Source: Octopus sinensis
Taxonomy: Eukaryota
Assembly (NCBI RefSeq): GCF_006345805.1
Contig: NC_043000.1
Location: 160,890,001 to 160,954,000, forward strand
Reading direction: 5' to 3'
DNA length: 64,000 nucleotides
Part shown: positions 52,260 through 64,000 of the stretch, piece after piece
Layout of the letters: every line of letters starts with the position of its first letter
Position numbering within the stretch: position 1 is the first letter of the stretch
The notes under the pieces: model-generated
What the model was told of the DNA's origin: nothing
Database searches by the model: none
The model's input: the letters and a program-made list of their open reading frames with translations, nothing else
Position numbers and translations under genes: made by a program

Positions 52260-53880
52260 TGCTGGCAAAGGAGTTGGAATGAGTGATGGTGGGAGAGAAA
52301 ACGAAAGCGAGAAAGAGAAGATGATGACGATGAGGATGAAAAAAAAGAGAGAGAAGGGGGAGGCGAAGGGTGTTGTGAAAGTGGCAAATATAGGAGATGG
52401 AGTGAGAGGCAGTAGAAGAAAGAGTAGTGATAATGGGAGAGTGAGAGTGTGGTATGACAAGATAAGGGAAGAATGCGTGAAGGGCTGTTGATGAGAAAGG
52501 AAGTGAGAGGGAAAATAGTGATAGTGATAGAGAAGTTGAGAATGAGAGAGTGAAGGTGAAAGACGGAGAAAGGTGGGGAGGGGAGGAGATGAAGGAAGAG
52601 ATACTAATCGGAAGAGAGAAGATGGGTGGGAATGTGAGGAAGAGAGTGGAAGAAAAAAGAAGGCAGCGAGTAGGAGGAATACTGATAGTGACAGAGGAAG
52701 TAGTGTGAGAAGGCGAAGTGTAGAGTTAGTGATAGAGAGAGTGAAGACATTTAATAGGGTGAGGGAGAGAATGAGAGAGAAGGGGAAAAGGAATAGAAAC
52801 GGAAGTATGATTTGGTGACAGAGAGTGGAGAAGAAGAGGGAGGGAGGGAGAGTAAAGAAAGAAAGAGTGGTTGGACTAAAGGATTAAACCGTGTGTAAAA
52901 GTGAGAGGAAGGTTGTGGAATTTAGAAGATAAACCAAAGAGATGGGGATGAGAGCTTGATAAAGAAAGAGAAAAATGAGATGATAAGAAGGGTTGAGTGA
53001 GTGAGTTTTTGGTGAGTTAGACACCAAAGAGAGAGGGTTAATGAGGGAGAAATAAAATGTATGGGAGGAAGAACGAAAGAGGTTTTAATAAAGAAAAGGA
53101 CGAAAAAAATGATTAAGAAAGTGAAAGACTGGAAGTAAGAGCGAGAGCGAGGGATGGAAAAAAAAAGAAAGCAAGAGTTAATAACAACTGAGTGTAGGAT
53201 GAGAGGGAGAGAGAGAGTGGGAGAAGGATGAAGAAGAGGAGGAGGAGTAGGAGGAAAGAAAGAGAGTGAGAGTGGATAGAAGTTGAGCGCGAATGGAACG
53301 TGATTAATGAGTAGAAGGTGAAAATAAAAGGTATAATAACAAGTGGACGAATGAGAAGAAGCAAGAGAGAGGGAGAGAGAGAGACAGAGACAATGACATA
53401 AGTGAATGAAAGACAGGGCTCAAGGGAATGAAGAAGGAACGAGTATAGTTTAATATGGGAGTAGTACTGGGAGAGAGAAAAGAGGGAGCAGTGATATATA
53501 TTAGGTAGCGGAATTGTGACAGTAAACTATAGGGAGTTGGAAGGGTTAGAAGCAGTTAAAGAGATAAGGGGTGTGAGACACACAAAGTGAGGTACGTGGA
53601 AATAGCAGGACGAGTGAGAGAGATTGGATGAGTGAGTAAGAAAAGAGTAAGAAATACTGGGGAACTAGACAGAGATAGCTTGGTTGAGAAAGCTTAGTGT
53701 GGGGTCGTGAGAAATAATGAAGATATGAGAGAGAAAAAGGTAGTACGATTGAAAGACGAAAGCTGAAGGAACAGGGATATTGACGAGTGAGATGAAAATA
53801 TAGTGATGAGGGAAATTTCGGGGATAGAAATATATTGGGGTTTCGAAATATATAGGATGATCGAAGATATATGAAGAATT
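52260..53880 (+). repeat. Purine-rich (GA/GAA/GGA) low-complexity tract
   Basis: About 1.6 kb strongly A/G-biased on the plus strand with stops in all frames; similar tract at 55060-55330. Confidence 0.85.
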
Positions 53881-54049
53881 CATTTTTCTCCTAGGCTCAA
53901 TGCTACAGGTTTATAAGACCACAGTATATAACTGGTGTATATAATATATAATCGGTAACCATTGTATCGGCCCCCAGGATGATGAAATTAAGATGTAAAT
54001 GAAAAATCGTCATTTCCACTTTCTATAGCAAGATATGCAAAGATGATTT

Positions 54050-54434
54050 GCATATTCATTCGTCATGCATTCCGGCAGGTTCAAACGCAAAATATATGGA
54101 AGCCGCAAATGATTCTGAGATACCGGTGTTTCAACATGTTGTGTCTTGTCAGTCAGAACTATCTGGAAGTTATAAAATGCATCTCGATCAACCTAATGTA
54201 TACAGCAGTTTGATCAACTGCATTACCATGTTCATTGAATTGAATGAGTAAGTGCCTGAGGATTATACATGCACGTGTATCCTTGCTGTAATTTGCAAGC
54301 TAGATCGGCGTGGCACGGTGTGACGAGGATTGGGTCGACCGAGGCAATCGAAAATGACACTTGCTGAAGATGTCACGCTGTGAGATTAAATCTGAGACCT
54401 CGTGATTGCGAAGAGAATTTCTTAACCATATAGT
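54050..54434 (-). mobile_element. Degenerate tRNA-derived SINE
   Basis: Minus strand tatggttaagaaattctcttcgcaatcacgaggtctcagatttaatctcacagcgtgacatcttcagcaagtgtc, resembling the family A/B head. Confidence 0.55.
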
Positions 54435-55593
54435 GTCAACAACGTCGATTTTTCGGAATCTTTGATGCCAAAGGCTTTCCATAATACTGATTTTTTTCGA
54501 CCTAGGGTTAGTCACTCTAAGTGTATTAATGAATAATTAAGTAGAAAACAGGTATCTGTGCTTTCGTATAAATTAGTGCGGGTTACAATAAGTTCCGAAT
54601 TATCAGTGTCGGGGAAGCCAGTGTTGTACCTGTTCTGATTATAAGCTGGTATCTATTTTATATATTCGAAACAGGAAATGCAGGTACAAGAATACAATTG
54701 GTATTTATTTCGTTGAGCTCAAGAGCATGAAATGGGCTTCACACTGGTATAATCTGAGATCAGGATTTAAATGAGAACGGCCAATTGATATTGATTTCTC
54801 ACATAGGTTCAATGTCACAAACTTTTGAAATGGGTATAGATCACTAATCCCGAGGTCAGTAGTTCTCTGGCACTTTATTTTTATTGTCCCCTTTGGATGA
54901 AAGGCAAAAATACCGCCCCTTGTGTGTTTTGCTCTCAGACGTGACTAAATCCTGCAATGTAGTATTTCACGTTTAATCTTACCGATTCTGTTTATCTGTT
55001 CAATGATTTCTAAGATTAACACAAGATCACTTATTTGTTCTAGTGCAATAAAAATAAAAAGTGAATGAATGTGAGAATAAAGAAGAGTAAAGAGGGATAG
55101 ACTAAAGAGGTAAAAAGGGGAAGAGGTTTAGAGTGCAGACGAGTGAAATAGGAGAGGTGAAAGGAAGTCAGTGGCAGTGGGAATTAGGAGTGAATATGGG
55201 GGCAAGAAATGGTTGATTGTGGAGGGATGGACAGGAAGAAAAAGGAGGATGAAAAAAAAAGGAAAGGATAGGCAATGCTTCTGGAAGACGAGATGGGCAC
55301 GAATGGAAAAATCTTTGTTCATTGTCATGATCTTTGGTGAAAAAAGGGAAAACATAAGTTGGAAATATTGTGGTTTAGCATGCAAGTCAAAAAACATTCC
55401 AGCTGAGATAATCGCTTGCTTCATCTATGGGCTGAGAACTCAGAACCACTTTATCAAAAGTGCCTTAATTTTTCTTTCCAAGAGGGAGCAGAATGATTTG
55501 AGAGAGATTTGACTGTTATTTCCGACGATTCAATTGACTACATAGAGACTTACACTCTAAATCGTTTTGAATATATTAAGACTGAAGTGACTA

Positions 55594-55594
<1 letters not shown>

Positions 55595-55676
<82 letters not shown>

Positions 55677-55677
55677 T

Positions 55678-55727
<50 letters not shown>

Positions 55728-55825
55728 GGACAGACAGACAGTAGACAGTCAGACAGACAGACAGTCAGACAGACAGACGCACAGACTGACTGACAGACGG
55801 ACAGACAAACAGACAGACAGACAGA
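55595..55825. repeat. (GAAA)n, (GATA)n and (GACA)n microsatellites
   Basis: Directly visible. Confidence 0.97.
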
Positions 55826-55934
55826 GGTGATTGCATAATATTAAGCGACAGTCATAATGAGTGAAATCAACGCAATGAGAAATCACGCAATGAGAAATCA
55901 ACGCAACACAAATAATTATCAGAGATATACAGAT

Positions 55935-56480
55935 AGGTGCAGTACCAGGCAGTGGTTCTCATAACTTCTGAACTTAACTGATTGGTATAAAAGATGGGCT
56001 ACAGTAAATATTCTGCTCGATACCACAGATTTTCTTGTCAGTTGCTTGTCCTTAACCCTTTGAGCATGAACGTTAGTGACTGATGATATGTGCGACTCTG
56101 ATCACGAGCAGGAGTGGTGGGGGAGCATTATAGCCATGTGTTGAGAGGAATTCTTTGGGGTTTGAATAATTTAACTCTCGAAACATGACTGTTTCGTTCT
56201 TCATTCTTAAACAAACCTTATTTAGTGATCTTTTGACCAACATGGGCTATATGGAGCAAGATGTTGGAAAATTTCCAACTGGGCCCCACCTGCAAGGCCA
56301 TGCGCTGTTTATCTTGATATGAGGTCACCATGTCGCTCATATATGGTCGTGATGCATGTATCTGGTATCCCTTATCAGATGAGTGGTCGTGATGGGTATA
56401 TTGGGTTACGTATATTTGTACCCCAGTGTCACTTGAAGGGCATGCATGGCTCTCTCACTCAGTAGTAGTAGTAGTAGTAG
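55935..56480 (+). mobile_element. Unclassified interspersed repeat ending in (AGT)n, probably a retroposon 3' end
   Basis: GC-richer non-coding block ending ctctctcactc-agtagtagt; family recalled from cephalopod-like sequence, not verified. Confidence 0.35.
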
Positions 56481-57655
56481 TAGTATTTGTGGCAGCAGCA
56501 GTAGGCGAACTAGGGAGGTAACTGTTATATGTGAGATTAGGTAACGAAAATTATTGCTGCTTAACCCCAGGTCATTAGTGTCAATTTTTCATACAGTTTT
56601 TCTGAGATTTGGACCAAATGTCTTATTTAGGTAAGATTTCAGGGATATTTAACGACTATTTCTTGCAGATCTGACGATCACGTAGCGGTAAACTGTGTTC
56701 TAATATGCAAGCTTCAATTTACTTAAATATATGGACTACTACATATAGGAAAATTGGAAAATTGGGTGATCATCTAGCAGTTACCATGAATATGCGGTAT
56801 GGATTATGAGAGACAGTGCCGTTTAAGCGTAAATTATGAATAATAAACGTGTAGGAAAAGATGTGTGTATGTATGTGTGTGCGTGCACGCCTGTATGAGT
56901 GTGTGCGTTGTGAGTGTAACTCCATTCATATGCATTGAGCGCTGCTTCATTTTGTTTGTGTGTGCGTGTATATATATATATATATACACGCATAAATATT
57001 TGGTATTAGATATGGATTCAGACAGTCTTGTGGTTCTCAGAAGAAGCTCCACTAACGGACTCGACTAAAACACCTCATAGTAATCCAATAAAGCGATATG
57101 TAATGTAGAGTGTCCATGCAGCTGAAATCCAGAAGTACCAATCGATGAAATTATTTCTTGAGGAGAATACAGACCATGAAAAGTAAGGAGGTATGAGGGG
57201 TGAATATATCTATTTAATCTCTTGACATTCTTCGGGTTGCAGCCGTTTCGTTGCCTTCTTCATGTAGTATTAATTTCAGTGCGGAAGATATTGCTTACAT
57301 GTTTGTATTAATATGGACGCGATGCATTATATAATGCAACTGTATATCCACAAATCAATTTAAACAAAGAAAGTTAGCTCATCAGATCAACTGAAAGTCA
57401 TGTTTCAGCGCTTCAACGATTTAACTCTAAGTATTCTAACGAAATTTTCTCTTTATATGCACAATGCATGAAAGACCGAAGCTAGATACAATTAGCGTGG
57501 TTTGGTCGATTAAAATAAAGATGAGTTGGTTCATATCAATTAAAGTAATACATAGACGTTCAAGGAATTAATTCTTAATATTAACAAAACACAGTTAAGC
57601 TTAAAAAAAGAAAGTCAAACAAAATAAATATAAAAAATAAATAGTTGAAAAAGTA

Positions 57656-58998
57656 TTGGGTTGTCTGGAAAGTTAGTGCCTATTTATAGCAGCTCACCTT
57701 TCGACTTATTTTAGAACATGGTTGAGTCCATAAAATAGGATTTGACTACACCTCCATTTAGAGCACAGTTTAAGCTATCTTTTCGTGGAAGAAGATGTTC
57801 CTATAACCTGTGTTAATTATGTAACCCATTAAAATGGAAGATAGAAAGTTCATTTTCGACACTTGATGCTTTTCTTTTTCCGTAAAGGGAATAATGCCTC
57901 ACAAGCAACCAAAGAAATATGCGCAGTTTATGGTGATGCTTCTTTATCCGAAAGAACTGTACGGAAGTGGTTCGCAAGGTTCCGAGCTGGAGATTGTAGC
58001 CTTATTGATAAAGAGCGATCAGAGAGACCATCCACTACAGATGATGACCAAATCAAGTCATTAATTAAGAATAACCCACATTGCACAACCCGGCAATTGG
58101 CAGAAAACCTCAGCCTATCAAAATCCATCGTTCATGAGCACCTGGTAAAGCTTGAGTACACAAAACGCTACGATGAGTTGAGTGAGAAGAACCTTTTGAA
58201 TCGCATTTCCATCTGTAATTCGCTTTATAAACGGAATGAAAACGCGCCTTTTTTAAAGCAAATTGTGACAGGTGATGAAAAATGGATTATCTACCGAAAT
58301 GTTCAGAGAAAGCAATCCTGGAGTAAGTGACATGAGCCACACTTAGCCCCCCCCCCCCACACACACACACACTCACACCTCCACTCCAAAGCGAGTCTTC
58401 ACCCTAAAAAACTCTTGCTTTATGTCTGGTGGGATTGGAAAGTCATTCTGTACTATGAGCTTCTCCCAAGTAACCAGACAATTAATTCTGAGAAATACTG
58501 CTCACAACTGGACGAGTTAAAAGCAGCAATTCAAGAGAAACGTCCAGAATTGGCCAACAGGTGTTGTTTTCCAACATATTAATGCAACAGGTGTTGTTTT
58601 CCAACATGATAATGCAACAGGTGTTGTTTTCCAACATGATAATGCAAGACAACATGTTTCTTTAGGAACCAGACAAAAATTGCTGCAGCTCGGCTGGGAT
58701 GTGTTACCCCACCCACCATATTCACCAGATATTGCTCCTTCGGATTTCCACTTATTCAGATCTCTGTAGAATAGTCTTAATGGTAAAAATTTCAATTCCT
58801 TGGATGACGTAAAAAGCTACTTTCATGAATTCTTTGCCATGAAATTCTGGTAAGAGGGTATTTTCAAGTTAAAGGAAAGATGGAGACACATTATGCAACA
58901 AAATGGTTCATATTTGGTTCATTAAAAATGTAATGGCAAGTATTTATTGACCTTTATCTTACCTTTAAAAATCGGCACGAACTTTCCGGACAACCCAA
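57656..58998 (+). mobile_element. Full-length defective mariner (DD34D), 1343 bp
   Basis: TA TSD; TIRs TTGGGTTGTCTGGAAAGTTAGTGCCTATTT and reverse complement (27/30 match). Motifs IVTGDEKW, HPKK..L.VWWDW, FQHDNA, HPPYSPDIAPSDFHLF. Frameshifts, a stop, a C/(CA)n insert and a 30-bp triplication. Confidence 0.95.
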
Positions 58999-59613
58999 TA
59001 TATAAAAGTATTTTTCGAAAGATTTAGTTTAAATGAATTAAATGGAGAACAGACAGAAATATAGACATTAAAATGGTATTAACAAGTATAAGAGTCAAAA
59101 AGTTTAAAAAGGTCGAAAGACAAGACAAGAACGTATGGACCTTAACTTTATTAACATTTTCTAACTACACCTCAAAATACTTTCTTGCACAGCCGCATTC
59201 ACACATACTTATACTGTTATACCCATGTATATACATGTGGATAACAGGACGACATACATTCGCGCACACACACATATATATGTAAATATACACATACGTA
59301 AATATATACACAAATATATATACATATATTCACACACGTATATACACATGCATGGATATATACATATATATATGTATACATATATATATATATATATATA
59401 TAATATATATATATATAGATATATATATATATATATATAATATATATATATACATATACATATAGATATATATATATATATTATATATATATATATATAT
59501 ATTTATGTATATATATATATAAAATATTTTGACAAATTAAATTTAAATGTTGAAGTGAATCTAACGGTTTTGTGTGTTTCTTAAATGGCTTATAAGCACC
59601 TTCCATGCTGCAA

Positions 59614-59646
<33 letters not shown>

Positions 59647-59717
59647 ATACACATATATGACTGATCGCTAGCCCCAGCATCTTTTTTTATTCTTTCTCTA
59701 TCCATTTCATCGTGTTC

Positions 59718-59753
59718 CTTTCTGTTGAAGAGCGTAGGCTCGGAACGTAAAAG
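59718..59753 (+). ncRNA. Decayed hammerhead-like motif
   Basis: CTTT CTGTTGA A GAGC-GTAG-GCTC GGAA CG TA AAAG; helices intact, two core substitutions. Confidence 0.45.
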
Positions 59754-60693
59754 ACTTCCTCATTTTTCCGAGCTTTAAATTAATACACTTCTTTGTTGTT
59801 TATACACCTATCTTCCTCTTTTGTTTTTCTGTGAAATTCAGCTATATATATATATTAGCATTAAAGACCCATCGTTGCCGGGTCATAGTGCTAGTGCATG
59901 TATATATGTGTATATATATGTGTACATATTACATGTACATCTATATATATACATCTACACATAAAATGCAAAATACAAAGTTATATCTTGATATTGCTAG
60001 TGATAACAATACTCAAAATATATAACAGACTGGAATTGTTAGCCTGTCTCTTGTAATTTCGATCAATTGTATCTTGTCTTCCCTCTTGTATAGAAGTGTG
60101 GCTACAATCCAGCCTACCTCTACTTCGGGGGGGGGGGGCATTTAAAATTGTTTTGCGGGACGTCCTACGTCCCAGATATAAAGGTAAAAGTAAAATATTT
60201 CCACTTTGCAAGTTCGAGTCGAGTACTCCCTTGCACGCTCCGTTGACTCGAACCTTGCTTCTATTGTGGCGAATTTACTGCCTCTGATTATATGTCTTTC
60301 ATAGTCGCACCAAGACACTTTTCGAAAGTGCTTTCCTCCATGTGTTCAAATCTTTTTTCTCTACATTGTATACTTTATAAACAATAGTCTTTTCGTTAAT
60401 TTGATTTTTTATTATCCATCTGGACTATTCCATTTCTGCACGCTAATTTTATTTTTAATTTATTCCCATTCATGTGAAACCACTTATTCAAGTTCAAGTC
60501 ATTGATGCAATTTTATACCAATTGCTATTTTTACTTTTGTTATGTTACGATTATATTATACTTTAGTTTGATTTTAATTAGTACTTACTACATATAATTC
60601 AATTGTTATTATTATTTTTATTGTTAAAGTGAAAGTATCTGACATAAAATAGAGAAACGTTTTTGTTTCAATTTTAACACGTAATACTGAAAT

Positions 60694-61024
60694 AGTGGAG
60701 AAGATATGATATTGCTATGGGCTCGCTCTAGGCAAGAAGTTGAACATTTTTTTGTCCATGAAACTACATGGACCCTAAGTAAGGCATGTGTAAAATTTGA
60801 ATGGAATTGGTTGTGTAGTTCTCAAGTTTTCGGCAATCGTAGTGGAGAAGATATGATATCGCTGTGGGCTCGCCCTAGGCAAAAAGTTCAAAATTTTTGC
60901 CGATGACACTCTCCGGACCCTAAGTAAGGCATGTGTAAAATTTGAATGAAATTGGTTGTGTAGTTCTCAAGTTTTAGGGGAACACACAGACAGACAGACA
61001 TTCTCAGTTTTATATATAAATAGA
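60694..61024 (-). mobile_element. 5' part of a non-autonomous Helitron-like element with a 147-bp internal tandem duplication
   Basis: Minus strand A|TCTATTTATATATAAAACTGAGAATGTCTGTCTGTCTG start; agtggagaagatatgatat at 60694 and 60841. 3' CTAG not located. Confidence 0.65.
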
Positions 61025-61371
61025 TAAATACATTGGCGGACTGGCTAGGTTGCCAGCTTGCTCGATAGCAAGTGGGCCCCTGCACCATTAGAATCCATAT
61101 ATGGGGTCCCATGTTAGTATCTAAGGGGCCTATCCCGTCAAGTTTGAAAATTTTTTTATTCACTCCTGGAAGAATGCATTAATTATTTCAGTCTGGGTGT
61201 GTTCGTAGACAGTTCAAAAGAATACTTTTAACAAAAAAAAAGAAAAGAAAGATGAAATGATAGCATTGTAGATGCGGGTGGGTCGCCTTAATCTCCTGGC
61301 AACCAATATTATTAGACCCAGTCCACTACCGTATATATATACATACATACATACATACATACATACATACA

Positions 61372-61407
<36 letters not shown>

Positions 61408-62893
61408 GATATAGATATAGATATATAGATTTATATACATATACATATGTTTCTGATTCCTGGATCGGGCGACCTGTTATGTTCTTGAGCAAAACACTTC
61501 ATTCAGTTGCCGCAATACACTCAAAATTCAAAACTGAGAAATCCTGCGACGGACCGGCGAAAAAATACGGGGAATATATACGCCATGCAAACAGGAAAAC
61601 TGGCCCTATGAGTTTATAGGACTGGGGAAGGATCTTTACTTTTTCTGTGTGTGTTTTTCTTTTTTAGTGTGTGTGTGTGTGTTTGTGCGTATCTGTATTT
61701 GCCACCTACCACCGCTTGACTACCGGTGTACGCGTGTTTGCGTAAATGTAAACTAGTGGTTCGACAAGAGAGATCCGTATGGATTAAGTACCAGACTTCA
61801 AAAACATTACTGGGGTTGATTCCTTCGACTGCAACGGTCGTACTGCATCACTACTTGATAGCATTCGGTTAACGGACCCTCAATGAGCTAGGTGTCTATA
61901 AAATGCCTCCGAAATTTCATGTCACATGGAGCCGAATCTAACTGTTTTAAACAATAACATATGTAACTCCTAACAAAATTTTTAAGTGTCTTTTTTATTT
62001 CATTTGTCCCCTCACACACACATATACGTGCACGAACGCACGCACACGCACACACAAACGCACATACACACACATCATAAATTTTCGATTGTCACTCAAA
62101 TAAAGTTATTCGATTATATATTATATCCTTCTGGGCTCCTTATTGCTTATACTTATTTCTCATACGTGCATGTATGCATATATTTTTGTATGTATATGTG
62201 TTATTTAAAAGGCAGAGCACATCTCAATCGTGAAACCCCGGTGATCGATTTGTTTTTTACGCTCTCTTCAGGAAAGCCGGTTTAGCAATTTTTAAGCCAT
62301 ATAACTATGCATTAAAAATGTAAACATGCTTCGATTAAAAAATTGAACGTAGCTTTCCACTGAAAGGGCGTGAAAAGAATCATGTGCAACTGACAGTAGA
62401 GAAGTGTAAATGATTTTCATATACCTAATATGTATGTATAGATCTGCGTCAGAACTCAATATTGATTTGAGCAACCATAGACGGATAATCAGAAATGCTT
62501 TTGACATCAAAGAAAGTCAGAGAGACGTCAATCATCAGTGAATATGGAGCAGTCGACAAGTGTGTGCATGTGTTTGCGATTGCATGTGTGTATGTATGTG
62601 TGTGTGTGTGTGTATGTGTGTATGTGTATAAGATGACACCGTGATGTCCTTCAGAAATATATTGATGGTAAGTTTCTACATTTAACGGTAGACCGCTTTA
62701 GTTGCTCGTTGTAATGAAGATGCCAAGTAGATTATGCTGCAGTGGAAGGTGCAACTGCACATGCTAATTGCAGCAGAAACACGTGTCGGTCAATTTAACC
62801 AAATAAATGTGCTGTTTGGCCAACTGTAAATTTAGAAGAAAAATTAGACGTTGTACTACTTTCCGTATTCTTTGTAATTGTTTCATACATACA

Positions 62894-63001
<108 letters not shown>

Positions 63002-63474
63002 TAACAGGAGAGCCTTGAGCCTTTGCGGCGACTCTGTAGCCTGGAAGAAAAGGGGATTTTATCATCTGACTAGTGACCCTGTAGGGATGCTTTGGACAAA
63101 ATGGGCTCCACTATAGGCACCAAACGACTATATATTAAAGGTGATAAATAAATGAATGGTTTATGTCTACCCGAATACATTTATATAATGGTTTAGTATA
63201 TCAATACGTGAGACTTTATATGTTTGTTCTAAGTGCTAGAAATAATAGTCAGATCACTCCTGACACCTTAGAAAACCTCACAGTCTGAGATATGTATTCG
63301 CTTCTCTGCTCATACAAAAATAGAAAGAAACCAAACGGAATAGTCATGGTTGAAACGTTTTTGGTCATAAGTCTGTTTGACAGGGTCAACCTGAAGCTGA
63401 ACAAAATAAATAATACATATATTAAATGAAACTAGAAAATATATATAGAACACTTTTTAACAAACAGTAGATAT

Positions 63475-63875
63475 GTGGTAAGTAGCTTGCTTACCAACCA
63501 CATGGTTCCGGGTTCAGTCCCACTGCGTAGCACCTTGGGCAAGTGTCTTCTACTATAGCCCCGGGCCGACCAAAGCCTTGTGAATGGATTTGGTAGACGG
63601 AAACTGAAAGAAGCCCATCGTATATATGTATATATATGTATATGTGTGTGTGTGCGTGTATGTTTGTGTTTGTCCCCCTAGCATCGCTTGACAACCGATG
63701 CTGGTGTGTTTATGTCCCCGTCACTTAGCGGTTCGGAATAAGAGACCGATAGAATAAGTACTGGGCTTACAAAGAATAAGTCCCGGGGTCGAGTTGCTCG
63801 ATTAAAGGTGGTGCTCCAGCATGGCCGCAGTCAAATGACTGAAACAAGTAAAAGAGTAAAAGAGTAAAAGAGAGA
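63475..63875 (+). mobile_element. tRNA-derived SINE, family A
   Basis: tgtggtaagtagcttgcttaccaacc...gaaacaagtaaaagagtaaaagagtaaaagag. Confidence 0.92.
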
Positions 63876-64000
63876 GTACATTTTTACAAATAGTACGCTT
63901 TTAACAAATAATATATTTTTTAAAATAAATTACACATTTTAAAATTAATATGTAAAGTACTAAACTTTCAAATGACACTTGTATTCTCAACGTAATTCTA

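Noticed and set aside
57074-57121. Minus-strand mini-exon LHGHSTLHIALLDYYE resembling an ankyrin motif
   Set aside because: Only 16 codons, weak donor (gtgttt), and no further repeats found.
58555-58647. Three 30-bp direct repeats as a CRISPR array
   Set aside because: There are no spacers, the repeats lie inside a mariner transposase, and the context is eukaryotic.
59866-59894. Helitron 3' terminus (hairpin plus CTAG|T)
   Set aside because: Isolated, and in the wrong orientation to be the end of the 60694-61024 element; too short to call.

Overview
AT-rich eukaryotic (animal) genomic DNA dominated by microsatellites and transposon debris. The repeat families resemble octopus-like coleoid cephalopod DNA (inferred from memory of SINE families, not searched). 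There are no prokaryotic features and no CRISPR. Almost all ORFs in the supplied track are microsatellite artefacts or transposon fragments. Supported content: (1) three families of tRNA-derived SINEs; (2) LINEs, namely a young near-intact CR1-type ORF2 (28.1-30.8 kb), an RTE-type copy with a twin-priming 5' inversion, a HERO-like RLE fragment, and two same-strand piles of R4/Dong-like RLE elements at (TAA)n tracts; (3) three Penelope-like (PLE) RT/GIY-YIG relics; (4) DNA transposons, namely two mariners, a DD37D maT, a hAT relic, a Tigger-like MITE, Helitron non-autonomous elements and an 838-bp Merlin-like foldback with 8-bp TSD and telomeric hexamers; (5) several 0.3-1 kb palindromes; (6) weak candidate host exons on the minus strand (1.2-1.7 kb) and plus strand (38.5 and 44.9 kb). 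The most notable signal is about ten minimal type-I hammerhead-ribozyme motifs from at least five unrelated short repeat families, the better-preserved ones with a self-complementary helix III. They include a U3:A8 core variant in a retrozyme-like unit and a hammerhead-tailed element with a tRNA-derived Pol III head, a candidate PLE-mobilised SINE.
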